64,000 bases of DNA from the human T2T-CHM13v2.0 reference genome, Homo sapiens: the NCBI RefSeq assembly GCF_009914755.1, contig NC_060925.1. One strand, 5' to 3'. The notes under the pieces are model-generated. The model was given only the letters and a program-made list of their open reading frames with translations. It was not told the origin of the DNA and made no database searches. Position 1 is the first letter of the stretch. Each line of letters starts with the position of its first letter. Positions 1 through 17,879 of this stretch are shown one piece after another. The translations under genes were made by a program, and so were the position numbers.

Positions 1-14
1 ATACACATATAAGT

Positions 15-100
15 ATATGTGTACATATTTGAACATATGTGCATATGTGTACATATTTGAACATATATGCATATGTGTACATATTGAAACATATATATGC
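15..100. repeat. AT-rich minisatellite, ~3 copies of a 28-30 bp unit (ATATGTGTACATATTTGAACATATRTGC)
   Basis: Units read directly at 15-42, 43-70 and 71-100, inside a (TA/CA)-rich low-complexity stretch. Confidence 0.8.
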
Positions 101-779
101 ATATAGGTATATATGTGTATATAGCACCCTATATTTTATAGAATACATAATTTTACGTATACATAATTTTATACATATACATAATTTTCTGTATGTATAT
201 AATTATGGCACATAGACTATTTGAGAGTAATAGTACAATCCAACCTGGTCTTGGTTGGGTAGGGGATAAGGATCATGGATGGCTTTCTTGAGGAAGTACC
301 CACTGGGGAGCATTATGTAGAATATGTCTATGAACTGTTGCCATGAGGACTCTGATGCGTTCAAATGCTACCTTCAATGAAGGGAGGCAGCAAACAAATA
401 CTCACAATAGTCACCAAAATTTATCCAACAAAGTTGAAGAGCAGAGCTCTGGAGATATTCAGGCAGAGATCTGTAAGCACCGTATTTCTCCCTTTTAGCA
501 AATCTCAGCATCCTGGAAAGAGACAGGATTCAGTTGGGAGAACACAAGGAAACGTAGAAAGAGGAAGTCAGTTTTGAATATCTCTGGTATAATACCTTCT
601 TTTTTGCAGGTTCTGGTTGCTCCACTTCTCTCTTGTTTTCTGTCAGCCTCCTCGTCTCCCCATTGAATACTATTTTTCACAGAGGCACCTCCCAAGTCTC
701 TGACCTAGAGATTATAAGTATCTTATATTTAGAATATTTTCATGTTGCCTGGGACATGTATCCAGTTTACTCCATCACA

Positions 780-1010
780 AATCTTCATTTAATTATCATG
801 ATGTTTCAGGCACTGTTCTAGGCACTGGAGATGTAGCAGTGGATACAACAGATGAGGTCTATATAAGAAATATGTAAAAACTTGCCATGTTAGCTAGTGT
901 TAGTGCTACAAAAGAAAATAAGGCAGGGTAACACAATAGAGAGTAACCAGAGTGCTAGTTTAAATAGAATGGGCAGGAAAATCCCTCTGAGGAGTGATAT
1001 TCTAGCAAAG
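780..1010 (-). mobile_element. L2 3'-end fragment
   Basis: AGGCACTGTTCTAGGCACTGGAGATGTAGCAGTG motif typical of the antisense L2 3' end; boundaries approximate. Confidence 0.5.
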
Positions 1011-1247
1011 ATCTGACATTATTATTATTATTATTTAAATTTATTATACTTTAAGTTCTGGGATACATGTGCAGAATGTGCAGGTTTGTTACATAGGTAT
1101 GCACGCGCCATGGTGGTTTGCTGCACCTATCAACCTGTTGTCTATATTAGGTATTTCTCCTAATGCTATCCCTCCCCTAGCCCCCCACCCCCACAACAGG
1201 CCCTGGTGTGTGATGCTCCCTTCCCTGTGTCCATGTGTTCTCATTGT

Positions 1248-5378
<4,131 letters not shown>

Positions 5379-5441
5379 TATGATGCTAGCTGGTTATTTT
5401 GCCCATTAGTTGATGCAGTTTCTTTATAGTGTCGATTTTTT

Positions 5442-6463
5442 TTACCGTTTGGTATGTTTTTGCAGTGGCTGGTACTGGTTTTTCTTTTCCATATTTAGTG
5501 CTTCATTCAGGAGCTCTTGTAAGGCAGAACTGGTGGTGACAAAATCACTCAGCATTTGCTAGTCTGTAAAAGAGTTTATTTTTCCTTCACTTATGAAGCT
5601 TAGTTTAGCTGGACATGAAACTCTGCGTTGAAATTTCTTTAAGAATGTTGAATATTGGCTCTCACTCTCTTCTGGCTTGTAGAGTTTCTGCAGATATATC
5701 CGCTGTTAGTCTGATGGGCTTCCCTTTGTGGGTAACCTGGCCTTTCTCTCTTGCTGCCCTTAACATTTTTTCCTTCATTTCAACATTGGTGATTCTGATG
5801 ATTATGTGTCTTGGGGTTGCTCTTCTTGAGGAGTATCTTTGTGGTGTTTTCTGTATTTCCTGAATTTGAATGTTGGCCTGTCTTGCTAGGTTGGAGTAGT
5901 TCTCCTGGATAATATCCTGAAGAGTGTTTTCCAACTTCATTCCATTCTCCCCGTCACTTTCAGGTACACCAATCAAACATAAGTTTGGTCTTTTCACATA
6001 GTCCCATATTTCTTGGAGGCTTTGTTCTTTCCTTTTCATTCTTTTTTCTGTAATCTTGTCTCTACACTTTACTACATTAAGTTGATCTTCAATCTCTGAT
6101 ATCCTTTTTTCTGCTTGATCGATTTGCCTATTGATACTTGTGTATGCTTCACAAAGTTCTTGTGCTGTGTTTCTCAGCTCCATCAGGTCATTTATATTCT
6201 TCTCTAAACTGGTTATTCTAGTTAGCAATTTCTCTAACATTTTTTCAAGGTTCTTAGCTTCCTTGCATTGGGTTAGAACATGCTCCTTTAGCTTGGAGGA
6301 GTTTGTTATTACCCACCTTGTGAAGCCTACTTCTGTCAATTAATCATACTCATTCTTTGTCCAATTTTGTTTTCTTGCTGGCAAGGAGTTGCGATCCTTT
6401 GGAAGAGAAGAGGTGTTCTGGTTTTTGGAATTTTCAGCCTTTTTGCACTGTTTTTTTCCTCAT
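5442..6463 (-). pseudogene. L1 ORF1 (RNA-binding p40) remnant
   Basis: ORF 5662..6339 reads ...EQSLQEIWDYVKRPNLCLIGVPESDGENG...KGKPIRLTADISAETLQARRE; ATG at 6463, native stop near 5442; internal disruptions. Confidence 0.93.
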
Positions 6464-7170
6464 CTTTGTGGATTTATCTACCTTTGGTCTTTGATGTTGG
6501 TAAGCTTCAGATGGGGTTTCTGTGTGGACACCTTTTTTTGATGCTGATGCTGTTCCTTTCTGTTTGTTAGTTTTCCTTCTAACAGTCAGGCCCCTCTGCT
6601 GCAGGTCTGCTGGAGTTTGCTAGAGTTCCACTCCAGACCCTGTTTGCCTGGGTATCACCAGCAGAGGCTGCAGAACAGCAAAGATTGCTGCCTGTTCCTT
6701 CCTCTGGAAGCTTTGTCCCAGAGGGGCACCCACCAGATGCCAGCCGGGGGTCTCCTGTATGAGGTGTCTGTTGATCCCTGCTGGAAGGTGTCTCCCAGTC
6801 AGGAGGCACGGAAGTCAGGGACCCACTTGAGGAGGCAGTCTGTCCTTTAGCAGAGCTCGAGCACTGTGCTGGGAGATCCGTCATTCTCTTCAGAGCTGGC
6901 AGGCAGGAACATTTAAGTCTGCTGAAGTTGCACCCACAGCTGCCCCTTCCCCCAGGTGCTCTGTCCCAGGAAGATGGGAGTTTTATCTATAAGCCCCTGA
7001 CTGGGGCTGCTGCCTTTCTTTCAGAGATGCCCTGCCCAGAGAGGAGGAACCTAGGGAGGCAGTCTGACTACAGCAGCTTTGTTGAACTGTAGTGGAGTCC
7101 TCCCAGGTCAAACTTCCTTGGCAGCTTTGCTTACACTGTGAGGGGAAAACTGCCTACTAAAGCCTCAGTA

Positions 7171-7410
7171 ATGGCAGACGCCCCTCCCCCAACCAAGCTA
7201 GAGCATCCTAGGCCAACTTCAGACTGCTGTGCTGGCAGTGAGAATTTCAAGATGGCAGATCTTAGCTTGCTGGGCTTCATGGGGGTGGGATCCGCTGACC
7301 TAGACCACTTGGCTCCCTGGCTTCAGCCCCCTTTCCAGGGGAGTGAACGGTTCTGTCTTGCTGGCATTCCAGGTGCCACTGGGGTATGGAAAAAGAACTT
7401 CTGCATCTAG
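7171..7410 (+). other. L1 ORF0-like antisense open reading frame (79 aa) in the L1 5' UTR
   Basis: MADAPPPTKLEHPRPTSDCCAGS... resembles the primate L1 ORF0 N-terminus (MAGAPPPASLPPCSLISDCCAS..., from memory); open frame in the ORF track (7138..7410). Confidence 0.55.
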
Positions 7411-7816
7411 CTCAGTGTCTGCCCAAACAGCCCCCCAGTTTTGTGCTTGAAACCCTGGGCCCTTGTGGTGTAGGCACCCAAGGGAATCTCCTGGTCTGCA
7501 GGTTGCGAAGACCATGGGAAAAGCGTAGTATCTGGGCCAGAATGCACCATTCCTCACAGCACAGTCAGTCATGGCTTCCCTTGGCTAGGGGAGGGAGTTC
7601 CCTGACCCCATAAGCTTCCTGGGTGAGGCAATGCCCCACCCTGCTTCAGCTCACCCTCCATGGGCTGCACCCACTGTCTAACCAGTCCCAGTGAGATGAG
7701 CCAGGTACCACAGTTGGAAATGCAGAAATCACCTGCTTCTGTGTTGATCTCACTGGGAGCTGCATACTGGAGCTGTTCCTATTTAGCCATCTTACCAGCC
7801 ACCACCTATTATTATT

Positions 7817-7976
7817 AAGAGATGGGGTCTTGCTATGTTGCCCAGACTGAAATGCAGTGGCTATTCACAGGCCTGATGATGACTCACTGCAGCTTTGAAC
7901 TCCTGGGCTCAAGAGATTCTCTCACCTCAGCCTCCAGAGTAGCTGGGACTATAGGCACACACCACCATGCCCAGCT
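7817..7976 (-). mobile_element. FAM (fossil Alu monomer)
   Basis: Monomeric Alu-like sequence retaining the 7SL-derived TGCAGTGGCTATTCACAGG segment. Confidence 0.75.
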
Positions 7977-8546
7977 TCTGATTGATGTTTGGATTCAATG
8001 ATTTATTTGTATATTGACTTTTTGAGTTGGCTGATCAAATGCTTTCCTGAAATGTGTAAAGTGTCTTGAGATGGTTCTTTAAGCTGCTAAAGATAGAAGA
8101 GGAGAGAGAAAAAAAGAGGTGAATTACTAATTTGTGGCTAATATATGATGTCTACAGGAACAGTAAGCTCAGCGCAACCCCTCATGGGACCTCCTGCCAC
8201 ACATCTTATTTGTGCTTGTCCTTCTTTTGAACAGTATGCCTACATTTTAGAGAAATCAAATAATTCTAGATTCTGTATTAAGGTAGCAAATAGTGTATGC
8301 TTATAAGTTATAATGCTATTCTCTTCATCTGCTGCTCAGATTTACTTTTCTAGTAGATTTTTAACTTATGAATTTAGAGTGCAAAATTATGAGTCTAATA
8401 AAGAAAAGTTAAGGTTACTTTTCATGCTAATTGAAGTATCCTTTAAAAAATTATATGAAGGTAATTAATTTGTGGGCAATTACTGAATTTAATGTTTGAG
8501 AATTTTTAGATGGGTTTTCACTGAAGTGTTTCTCTTTGACTTATAG

Positions 8547-8617
8547 GTATTGCTATTGATTGACATTCAAGTCTCTTACATCAACACCAACCATGAAGAC
8601 TTCATTGGCTTCGCAAA
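8547..8617 (+). CDS. DNM3: Dynamin-3 coding exon (71 nt, stalk/middle domain; probably exon 12): VLLLIDIQVSYINTNHEDFIGFA(N)
   Basis: Acceptor tctctttgacttatag|GTA, donor AA|gtacgt; peptide is the conserved dynamin YINTNHEDFIGFAN motif with DNM3-type IQVSY; phase 2 joins the exon at 19539. Confidence 0.97.
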
Positions 8618-11600
8618 GTACGTGAAACACTTGATGGCCACATGCATTCCTCCTGTTGATTTGTCTCAAACACACATTGTGAATTTTTACTACAGTTTCA
8701 CCACCTTTGAGAATACAATCTGTGCCAGGATTAACTCTCAGTGTGCCTACTTAGGAAGTCTGAGCTCCATGGTCGTAGGGCAGGGATATTTACTATTCTC
8801 TCAGTAAAGTAGTTGGCTCTATTATGCAGCATATGAAGTCATGTATGTCTTACATACTTATCATCTCATCATTTTTGGATGATGTTCTGCAGTTTGTACT
8901 TGAACTCCTATAGAAAAACAGTAATTAATGCATGTTTAAAATTTTGAGGGGAACAGTTTTTCACATCAATTTGAAATACCACATGTAATTTACAGGATGA
9001 AAGATGTTTCAACTTTTCTAAGTCAGAATCTAGAGGCCTGTTTTTTTTTTTTTTTTAAACTTTGCGAAATTAGATGTAATCTGTCGGGGTGAACATTTTA
9101 TTTTCTGTAAAGTGTGTATACAAATATTGCCATTTTTCATATACGTTATCATGCAAACGTTATGGTTAGTTACTCAGGATTGGCTATTCACTGTGTGACA
9201 TTTTGAAGACCTTGAATGCACTATCTTTTCCTGCCCATTAGTGAAACCAGTTTTTGATTTAAATAATCTTGATATCACCTCTAAAATATATTTTTGCATT
9301 TAAGTGGTTCCAACTTCAAGTATATAAAATATAGCCTATTTTATGTAAAATGTAAAACAAAAGAGCCTATGTACTTTTACTTAAACTGAGTATTCAAGAA
9401 CAGAGACAAATAAAAAAATGACAGAATGTCAAATTAATTTATTTTATTACATTCTGACTTAGAAGAAATGGATATGCAGACCCTGTGACCTAAACTAAAC
9501 AGTGGCCTGAGGAATTTACAGGCATGTTTTAGGGAGAACAGTCCCAATTATCCAACTGAAAATTATCTCATCCTAAACTTGGCTGTGGTTGTGATGTCCT
9601 AGCCAATTGTGTAAATATCTTTTGCATCCAATGACGATTACTAGTGAAGGGTAGATAAGATTTCTTCCACCATTTTCTGTCTGTGGCATACGTGTATTCT
9701 TGTTAGAACCCAACGATAAATATGTGCCCTAGTCTAGTTGTCTTTGCAGCCACCCTGCCCACACCCACTTCTTGATAGGTATTTGCTGCACAGGCATTTC
9801 GCACAGACTTGCCCTCCTCTCTTTTAGCCCCAAGACTCTCACCATGTGTTCTGTTCATTTCCTTCTGCAGACTCACCTAAACTGTAACATACATCCTTAT
9901 CCCTAGGTCCAGAAATTTTTTCCAGGTTTCCTCCACAGTCAGTGAACTCTAGGGAGCCTGTGCCAAGCTCTACTCTAGTTTCTATAGTGGGTTGGGGGGG
10001 AATGTAGAAAAAGAAAAAAACTTTTTGCCTTTTAGGAGCTTGCCAAATAATTGAAAAGTATAGAGACACACAAGTAAAAATTTAAACTGACACATTCTTC
10101 ATTTTCCTCACTGCTTCTCTGAGGAATTTAAAAGACAAACAAATCCTTGAGACATTTAAAATAATAGGAATGCTGCCTTTAATGTTGATTTTCATGGATT
10201 ACAAATGCCAGTTAGGTTCTTACAAAAATGTAGCAGATGTCGATGTAAACTTGACACAATAACTTAAAAGTGAAAAGGATGCTGCCTTGTTGTGGTACCA
10301 CAATTAGAGGGGGAAAATGTAGAAAAAGTCATAATCCATTTAGAAAGGTTCAAATTTAAACATATTATATAACCCGTGCTTCAATTTAAATTTCACCTTT
10401 ATAATCTTCTTGAAACTTTTTTTTTCTATGATAAATGAGCTAGAGTTTCTTTTCCAATAAATTTCCATATTTGCTGCCTTAGAAGCTGTTGGACTATGGT
10501 TTTATATTGATTATATTGATTTATAGGTTTCCAAGGGCAGGTGATTTTTCAAATTTAAGACTTTCAAACACAATCTTTTGACGTAGTCTCTCTGTGTCTG
10601 GTCCTATTTTTCTGGTCCAGGTGTCTGGTCCTATTTTTCCAGCAGTGAGATAGACTATGAATCTTTATGATATTGGGGAGAAAAAAAGAAGCATAGGTAA
10701 AACTGCTTTAGAAAGCCAGCAACTCTACACATTTCTCATCTAATTTAAATTGCACACTTAAACCTTCTTTAAAGGACTGATCTGGGAGTCAACAATCCAG
10801 GTTGTTTTTCCAGGATATGCCACTGATGAGCTTTGGGTTTTGGCAAGGTGCTCAGCCTTTCTCTATCTGTTTACTGATGTATCAAATGGAATAATAATCC
10901 TTGTCTTGTATACCTTTCAGGATTGTCAGAAGATCAAATTAATCAAGTTATGTGGAAATCCTTTAAAAAAAACTATGGTGTAGTCTATAAATGTGAGAGA
11001 TCCTCCCTGTCTCTCACTCTCTCCACATACATGCACGTGTGCACACATACACACACATACACTCACATTTGATTACTAGATGTACCATTTTACTTTATGA
11101 TGTAGTTATAATGACTTAAGTATGATTGTCACTGGAATATTTTTTAGCTGCTAATATCATTATCTCTAAATGTGATATTTTGCCCCAAGACTCAGAGATA
11201 AATGTCCTTTCCATTTGTATGTCGACTTGGAATTGACATGGGGTGACGTGGAGTGATTATGAAGATGAAGAAATGTTCATTTCAAAATCACTTTGAGGGG
11301 TTGTGGTATTTTTTGTGCTTTTAAAAATTAAAAAAATATGGTTGTAGCTATAAATTTTAAAGTTGGCAAGAATGCTGTTTCCATCAAGGAAGAAAAGTCA
11401 AGCCATATTTGAAGACAATTATGTAAGTATTTTTAAGTTCCAAAGACAGAAAATTAAGGTCTGGGGTTGAAGAAAACAAGCATTTGTTTCATGAGATTTT
11501 TAGAGAGTTGCCAAAAGGGAAGGAACTGCCTCCCAGATTTATAGGATGGTGATGTACATAGTACTTTACACATGTAATTTTTTTCAACTTGGATGACTTT

Positions 11601-13146
11601 TTGTTCTAATTTTTTAAAAAATGAAAATGAATTGCTAAAATTGGATTAATAAAATATTTACTTTCAGAGTAGCATTCAGGACATCTCAAAATTCTTCTTT
11701 CTGTTATAGAATTTATACTGTCATGTTTAATATGTGACACTTTTTTTCCATCTTCTAGTTATTTGTTAGACATGGCCTGTAAAATATGTACCGTGTGTAA
11801 TGTGTCCAAATAAGCACTGCTCTAGGCTTGCTTTGGAATTTCCTGGCTTCTAAATGTTTTTTCAACTATAATATAGTTTCTGAGCCTGAAAGTTCAGCAT
11901 TTCAGAAGAAAACGTCAAATTTCTTTGTGACTTAAGGGTTTTAATTTGTCATTCTCTGCTTTAGAAAAAAAAAAACCCTAAATTACATATATTTTTACAT
12001 AATATAGCTAGTTTTTGCTATTTAAGAAAATAAGAACTGGCCCAATTGTTCCTTCATTCACTTCCCCTCGTCCTCAGTAATCCTCTTTTGAACAAAAAGG
12101 CAATCTTGTTAGTGGAATGCCTTGGGAAGTGAAATTTCAAACTCCTCTGCTCTTCTTCATTTGTTCCATGACACAATTTGCTTTCTGAGTTACTAGGATT
12201 TATGCAGTCCAATGGTTAAAGAGAAAGAGGGACTATAGATATGTGCCGTTAGAGTGATATCTCTATACACCGCAAGCAGCAGACCAAGGTCTGTTTGTTT
12301 TTCAATCTGCTCAGTAGGTCTCAACACCTGTTTTCTCACAGTTGAAATGATACAGTGTGCAGATTTCAGTTCTTGTTATTTGAGCACCATGAAAATTCTA
12401 TGGGTCTTAAGATTTGTTATATCTTTTTCCTGATCCTCTGGAATGCCTCTATTGCCGTTTTACTGAAGGCAGTGCATTTCAACCTTGCCACTAAATTCCA
12501 GAGCAATCTTAGTCTTTCCCTTTACATTCTTAGTTTATTTTTCCCTAATGCATAATTATATTCTATTGTAATAATGTTTCTAGTTCCTAATCTTACATGA
12601 GAATGTTCTCTCTCTTGTGGAATCAAAACTTAGGTATTGGAGTATAAAAAGATCCTTTTTTTGACTTATATGCAAATTTAGGAATTAAATGCTTGGTTGC
12701 TTACTGAGATTGTTGTCAAGTAGAAATACAGGATTGAGCAACTTGAAAGGATACCATTCACATATCCTGTTCAAATAAGTTATAAATTCCAATGTTCCAA
12801 GCACCATTTTAAAAATAAGTAGACTTCCAGTTTTCTCTTTCATCCTCAAATATGTTATTTTAAACTTCATCTTCATCCTTAACATGAATCTTAGGAGGTA
12901 AGTGATTCTTCTTTTGCAGACTCCCAAGTTCTGTAAGATTTTCTTGCATAATAGCCTGAGCCTTCATTAAAGATCCTGGAGGAGAAACGGACATTGTTTC
13001 TTCTCCCTTTGGCTTCAGTCTGATTGGACGGAGCCTGGACTATCACAGTGTAACCTGTGATAAGTTACACTCTTGGGACTCTTGTGAAGTGTTCATAATC
13101 TTTCTTGGATAATATAAAAGAACAGTCTAAAATTGCTTTACTCTGT

Positions 13147-13345
13147 AGCACCATTGCACAATAGAACTTTCTGAGATGATGGAACTATTGTATAATCTGT
13201 GCTGTTCAATACAGAAGCCACTAGCTGTATGTGGCTATTGAGCAGTTGAAATGTGGGTAGTGCAATGAAGGCAATAAATTTTTAATTTAATTCAATCTAA
13301 TTAAAGTTTTAATCTGGCTACCAGCTACTGCATTGGACGGCAGAG
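13147..13345 (+). mobile_element. MER3 (hAT-Charlie non-autonomous DNA transposon)
   Basis: CAATAGAACTTTCTGAGATGATGGAAC...GCCACTAGC...TTGAAATGTGG...TACTGCATTGGACGGCAG matches the MER3 consensus layout. Confidence 0.8.
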
Positions 13346-13477
13346 CCCTACAGTATAGTGACTCCGGCTGATGGCTCTGGGACCTTCACTGTGGGTCCTA
13401 CTTTATTGACAGCTTAGTGGTGACCTATGGTGGTAGCTACTGAGAGAAAGAGCAAGGAAGCCTCTTAATTGCTACTA

Positions 13478-13621
13478 AACAAGTCTAAAAGAGCTTCTTT
13501 ACTCTATAGCACTGTTGCACAATAGAAGTTTCTGAGATGATGGAACTATCGTATAATCTGTGCTGTTCAGTACAGAAGCTACTACCTGTATGTGGCTGTT
13601 GAGCAGTTGAAATGTGGGTAG
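13478..13621 (+). repeat. Local direct duplicate of 13121-13260 (MER3 5' half plus flank)
   Basis: Direct sequence comparison; shares the flank AACA(A)GTCTAAAA and non-consensus MER3 variants. Confidence 0.85.
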
Positions 13622-13759
13622 AGGTAGAGGCACACTCTGATATTTGCTATGGAATCTACATCTCAAAGGGACTCTCCATTTCCTTAATGCATCTGAGCCC
13701 TCTTTGAGTGGCCTTAGTCTGTGTTCCATTCTCTTTTTCATCTTCCTTTCACTTTTCGG

Positions 13760-14700
13760 CCCACTGCAATCTAGTTTCTACCACTCCACTCCACTGAGAC
13801 TGCTTTTGTCCAGGACAAAACAGTTAATCCAATGGACAATTCTGAGCCTTTCATTTGACACCACCGTTAATCACTCCTTGTTGAAGAGATCTGTTCCTTT
13901 GCTTCAATAACCTTCCACTCTCTCCTGGTTTTCCTCTTTTCACTCTAGCCACTTCTCAGTCTTTAGGAGCTCTTCATCTTCTGATCATGGCTTAAGAACT
14001 ATTCTTTAATCAATTTTCCACCCTAGACCCCCTTCTTTCTCACTCACTGCATTATTCCTAATGGATCTTACCCACTCCAATGGTTTTAGTTGCCAACTTT
14101 ATCTGATGACTCCAAATCTAGATCTTCATTTCAAGACTTTTCACTGGACTATGTACCATATTCAGATGTCTATTGGACATCTCTACTTATATATCCTAGA
14201 GAAGCCTCAACCTTCTAGTCCCAAACTAAACTCCTCATCTGCTCTTATAATTTTTAACTTCTATGTTGTTCCCACTTTCTGTGGATGGCACCTCCCAGTC
14301 CTATTCTTTGCTCCTTGTTCCCCTCATATCTTTGTCTCCATCCATCTTTACCAAGTTCATGTGATTCTATCTCCATAATATTTTTTGAATTCATCTATTT
14401 CTTTCTATCATCATTGCCACTACTAAAGTTAGTCTTCTCTTACTTGAGTTACTACAACAGTCTCTCTGTACCCCTGTCATCCTCTTTCTCATTCCTTCTG
14501 AGATTCTCTGTTACTTTCAGAATAAAGTCTAAACTTATTAATGTAATTTCCAAGGCTCTCTATAATCTGTATCTTGTTTACCTCTTCAGCCTATTCTATT
14601 GTTACTATTCCTTTCTACTCTACTCCCTAAGTCCATGCTGCAGCCAGTCTGACCACTTTGGGATCCCTAACTGTACCATACTTTTGCTTTAACACATGCC
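13760..14700 (+). mobile_element. L2 fragment
   Basis: Pyrimidine-rich L2 ORF2-like motifs (CCACTCCACTGAGACTGCT, CCAATGGACAATTCT, CTCTCCTGGTTTTCCTC); boundaries approximate. Confidence 0.6.
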
Positions 14701-17700
14701 TATGATATGCTTCTTCAAATTATTTAGGTTTCCTAGTACAGATGATCATTGATAGTCTGGTTGTAAATAACCCTGGCATCAAAACAGAATTCCATACGTA
14801 TTTCTGAAGATACTACCATAAACCCTCTGCTAGGTAATGTCAGTGATGAGAGAGGTAGAAATACCAAGATTGATGCTCTTGACTATCAAGGAGCAGGCAT
14901 TGTTGGAAACCCAACTTACAATCTTGTTTATAAAATACAGGCACAGACCAAGGCTTTGGGAGTGCATGAAAAGGAGAGATAACTGGAGGTTTCTAAAAAG
15001 GCATAATTCAGGCATGATGCTTGATTGGAGTTTTAAGACTGGACAGGACTCCAATAGTCAGAGACAGGGGGTCTGGGCTGACTGCTTCCTGTCTTCTCTG
15101 CTTGAGTCAATACTATGCATTTCAGGGAACTAATTTGTACTAAAACATTGCCTTGATCATGTCACTTGCTGGCACAGAAACATGGAATGTTTTCTGCTGC
15201 CTTCAGAGTAACAGCCAAATTCTCCATAACTGGCCCCAACGTACAGTTATTATACTAGATGGCTTTTAAGATCACTTACAAACCCCAGTCTATGATTGGA
15301 TAATTCTACCATAATAGTTTTACTCTCCACAACTTCCCCATATGCCTCATCTTTCTACTTCCTGGCTTTGCTAATACCAGTCTATTCTCTTGGAACGTAG
15401 TCATTTGTTTTCCTTTATTAAAGTTTATCTTCTTTTCAAGTTTGCTACAAACAGTTCAGATCATATCATCTGAAATTATATTTCTTGTCCCTGAACATTC
15501 AGAGAAATTACAATGGTATAGGATTTATTTGATAAATGGTCACACATCATAGACAAGGATAGGACACTGTGCAAAAAAGTTTTGAGCCAAGAGATAACAT
15601 TAGGGGTTCTCTGATTGTCTTCTAATGTACTCTTATTTTTATAGAAGTTTAAACTTCTTGTTATATACTTTTAGAATCATTATGTCTCAGCATACACCAA
15701 TTTGGTTCTACGTTTTAGTGTTCTGGCAAAGCCTTCCACAGTGACTTGTGTGTAGTAGGAATTTATATGACAAACGACAAATGTGCGTGCACACACGCAC
15801 ACACATATGAGAAGATATGGGTAATTATATCCCACATTTAAAACAGAAGCACTTTGTTTTTGCTTTCTATTACATCCTCACATGTTTATTAATATGGATT
15901 TTATTTTTTATTTGTTATTTTTGTTTTGTGTATGCATATCATTACTTGTACCAGACAAATTGTAGGCTTTTGATAACAAGAACTATACCTTATTCATATT
16001 TTTATATGCTACGGAGTTCGTGCCCTATAGTTTTTGATTTATGTTAAACTAAAACACCATACATAGGTATGTTTTATAATATTTCAGAGTTAATTGGTTA
16101 AGTAACTATATCCAAGAACATGTCCAAGGGCTCAAGTTAACTTGCAAGTCCTTACAGGTTTTTTAAGGAACATATTTTTAAATAAATGTTTTGAAATACT
16201 CTCAGTTCAATTATTATGCAGAAGAATTATGAGAAAGAATGTATTCTAAGCAGGCAGCTTTTTTTGTTGTTGTTGCTTTTGAAGTAACTTCAAGTAGCTA
16301 AATACATCATTAGCAACAGAATGTTTAAGTTTATGGGGCCAATTGCTGCAAAAAGATTCTTTAGGTGGAAAATAGAGGCAACTTAGTGTTTTTTCTAACT
16401 CTAATATTTGAGATTGGCTTATAAAGTAAATCTACTTTTCCTTTGGCATATTCTTACAAGTGGTAGATCCTAAATATGCATTATTTCACAGATGGAAACT
16501 GTCAATGGACATTGTCTTTATCTAGTGTAGCTTATAAGCTTCTGAGAGTAATTTTGCATCTCAAGGAATATTGGACCTAAAAGGAACCTAAGAAACAACT
16601 TGTTTAGTCCTCTAGCCCTCCTCTCTGTCTCTGTTTCTGTCTGTCTCCTTTATGACACACATATACACATTTTATAGCTGAGCGACTGAAGTCCATTTTG
16701 ATCAAACTTTTCACCTAAGGTAGCAAAGGAGTCATTAACGATCTTTGCGGCTTTTGCTTTACATTCAACTTCTTTTCCCTTAAGTGATTTGAAGGGGACT
16801 GATACATAATTTTAGGGTCTACAATAATTTGTTCAAAGGAAGCACCTGTGGGTCTATCACAGGTTTTCACCACTAGTCAGTGTTTCAGTGAAAACATTAC
16901 TCCTAAAACACAATTATGGTGCTTGGAAGAGATAAACATAACCTATGAAGGTGTCATGATCTCATTATAATAGTAGTTTTCTCATGCATTCCTGGAAGAG
17001 CAGGAAGCCTGGAGGGTGCTGGAAAAGTGACATTTAATGTGGAAAAAGAAAGTAAGGAGGAGATCCGAAGCCCTTAGGAGAGTGCTACTCAAGACGCTGT
17101 GTGCGCCAGGGCATGAGGGCAGCCAGAGGGCGGTGTGGGCACATTGGATCCTGGTTACCTCTTTCACAGCCTCACCTACAAGACCTGAATAATGTAGATT
17201 TAGATTGTTCAGAGAAATGGTTAAAGAGGAAATAATTTCATCGTAATTAAGAGGATTAACCATTTAACAGAAAGCTGGAAAAATAAAAAACAAGGAAGGA
17301 AGAAGTTGAAATTAGCAAATTTTAAATTGGAAAAAAATATATACACAAAATATTTTTAGCAACCAAATACAGTATGGCCTTTCACCACCCACCCCCTGCC
17401 CACCTTCAGTTGAATGCAGTGTTTTTTCATGAGTTTGAGTGAAGGAAAGCAGCTTAAATGTATCAGAGGAGTTTATTAAAAACTTATTTTGATCAGCTGT
17501 TCTAAGTGTGGTGTTGATTTCTAACTTGTTACTGCAGCACAACATCCCATCACTTTAAACAGTTGACTGAGGGCTTTAGTCTCCCTTTTCTCTATTTTAG
17601 ACCATTTCATTGATCTCCAAAACAGCTTCCATAAACTATTAAACAATCTGTAAGAATACTGAGTATTGCTGATCTTCCCAGAATAACCAAAATGAGTTGT

Positions 17701-17879
17701 GTTTCTTATATTGATACGTGTTTATTCATGGATCCACCAAAAGAAAGCCTTTGTCCTTTTGAGGGATAGAGTAACCTAGTGATGAAACGTGTGGGCTCTG
17801 TTGTTAAGTTGTTGGAGTCCTTTCTGGCTTTTAACCCTCTGTGCTTATGTCTAAAATGAGGGTTATAATGGCATCAACT

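Noticed and set aside
8618-8807. ORF 8550..8807 continuing ~63 codons past exon 12
   Set aside because: Dynamin similarity stops at the gtacgt donor; the rest is intron read-through with no nearby poly(A) signal noticed
10594-10639. 19-bp direct repeat GTGTCTGGTCCTATTTTTC (similar small tandem duplications at 28441-28492 and ~49893-49915)
   Set aside because: Two-copy slippage duplications; not an array, not CRISPR-like, no functional hint
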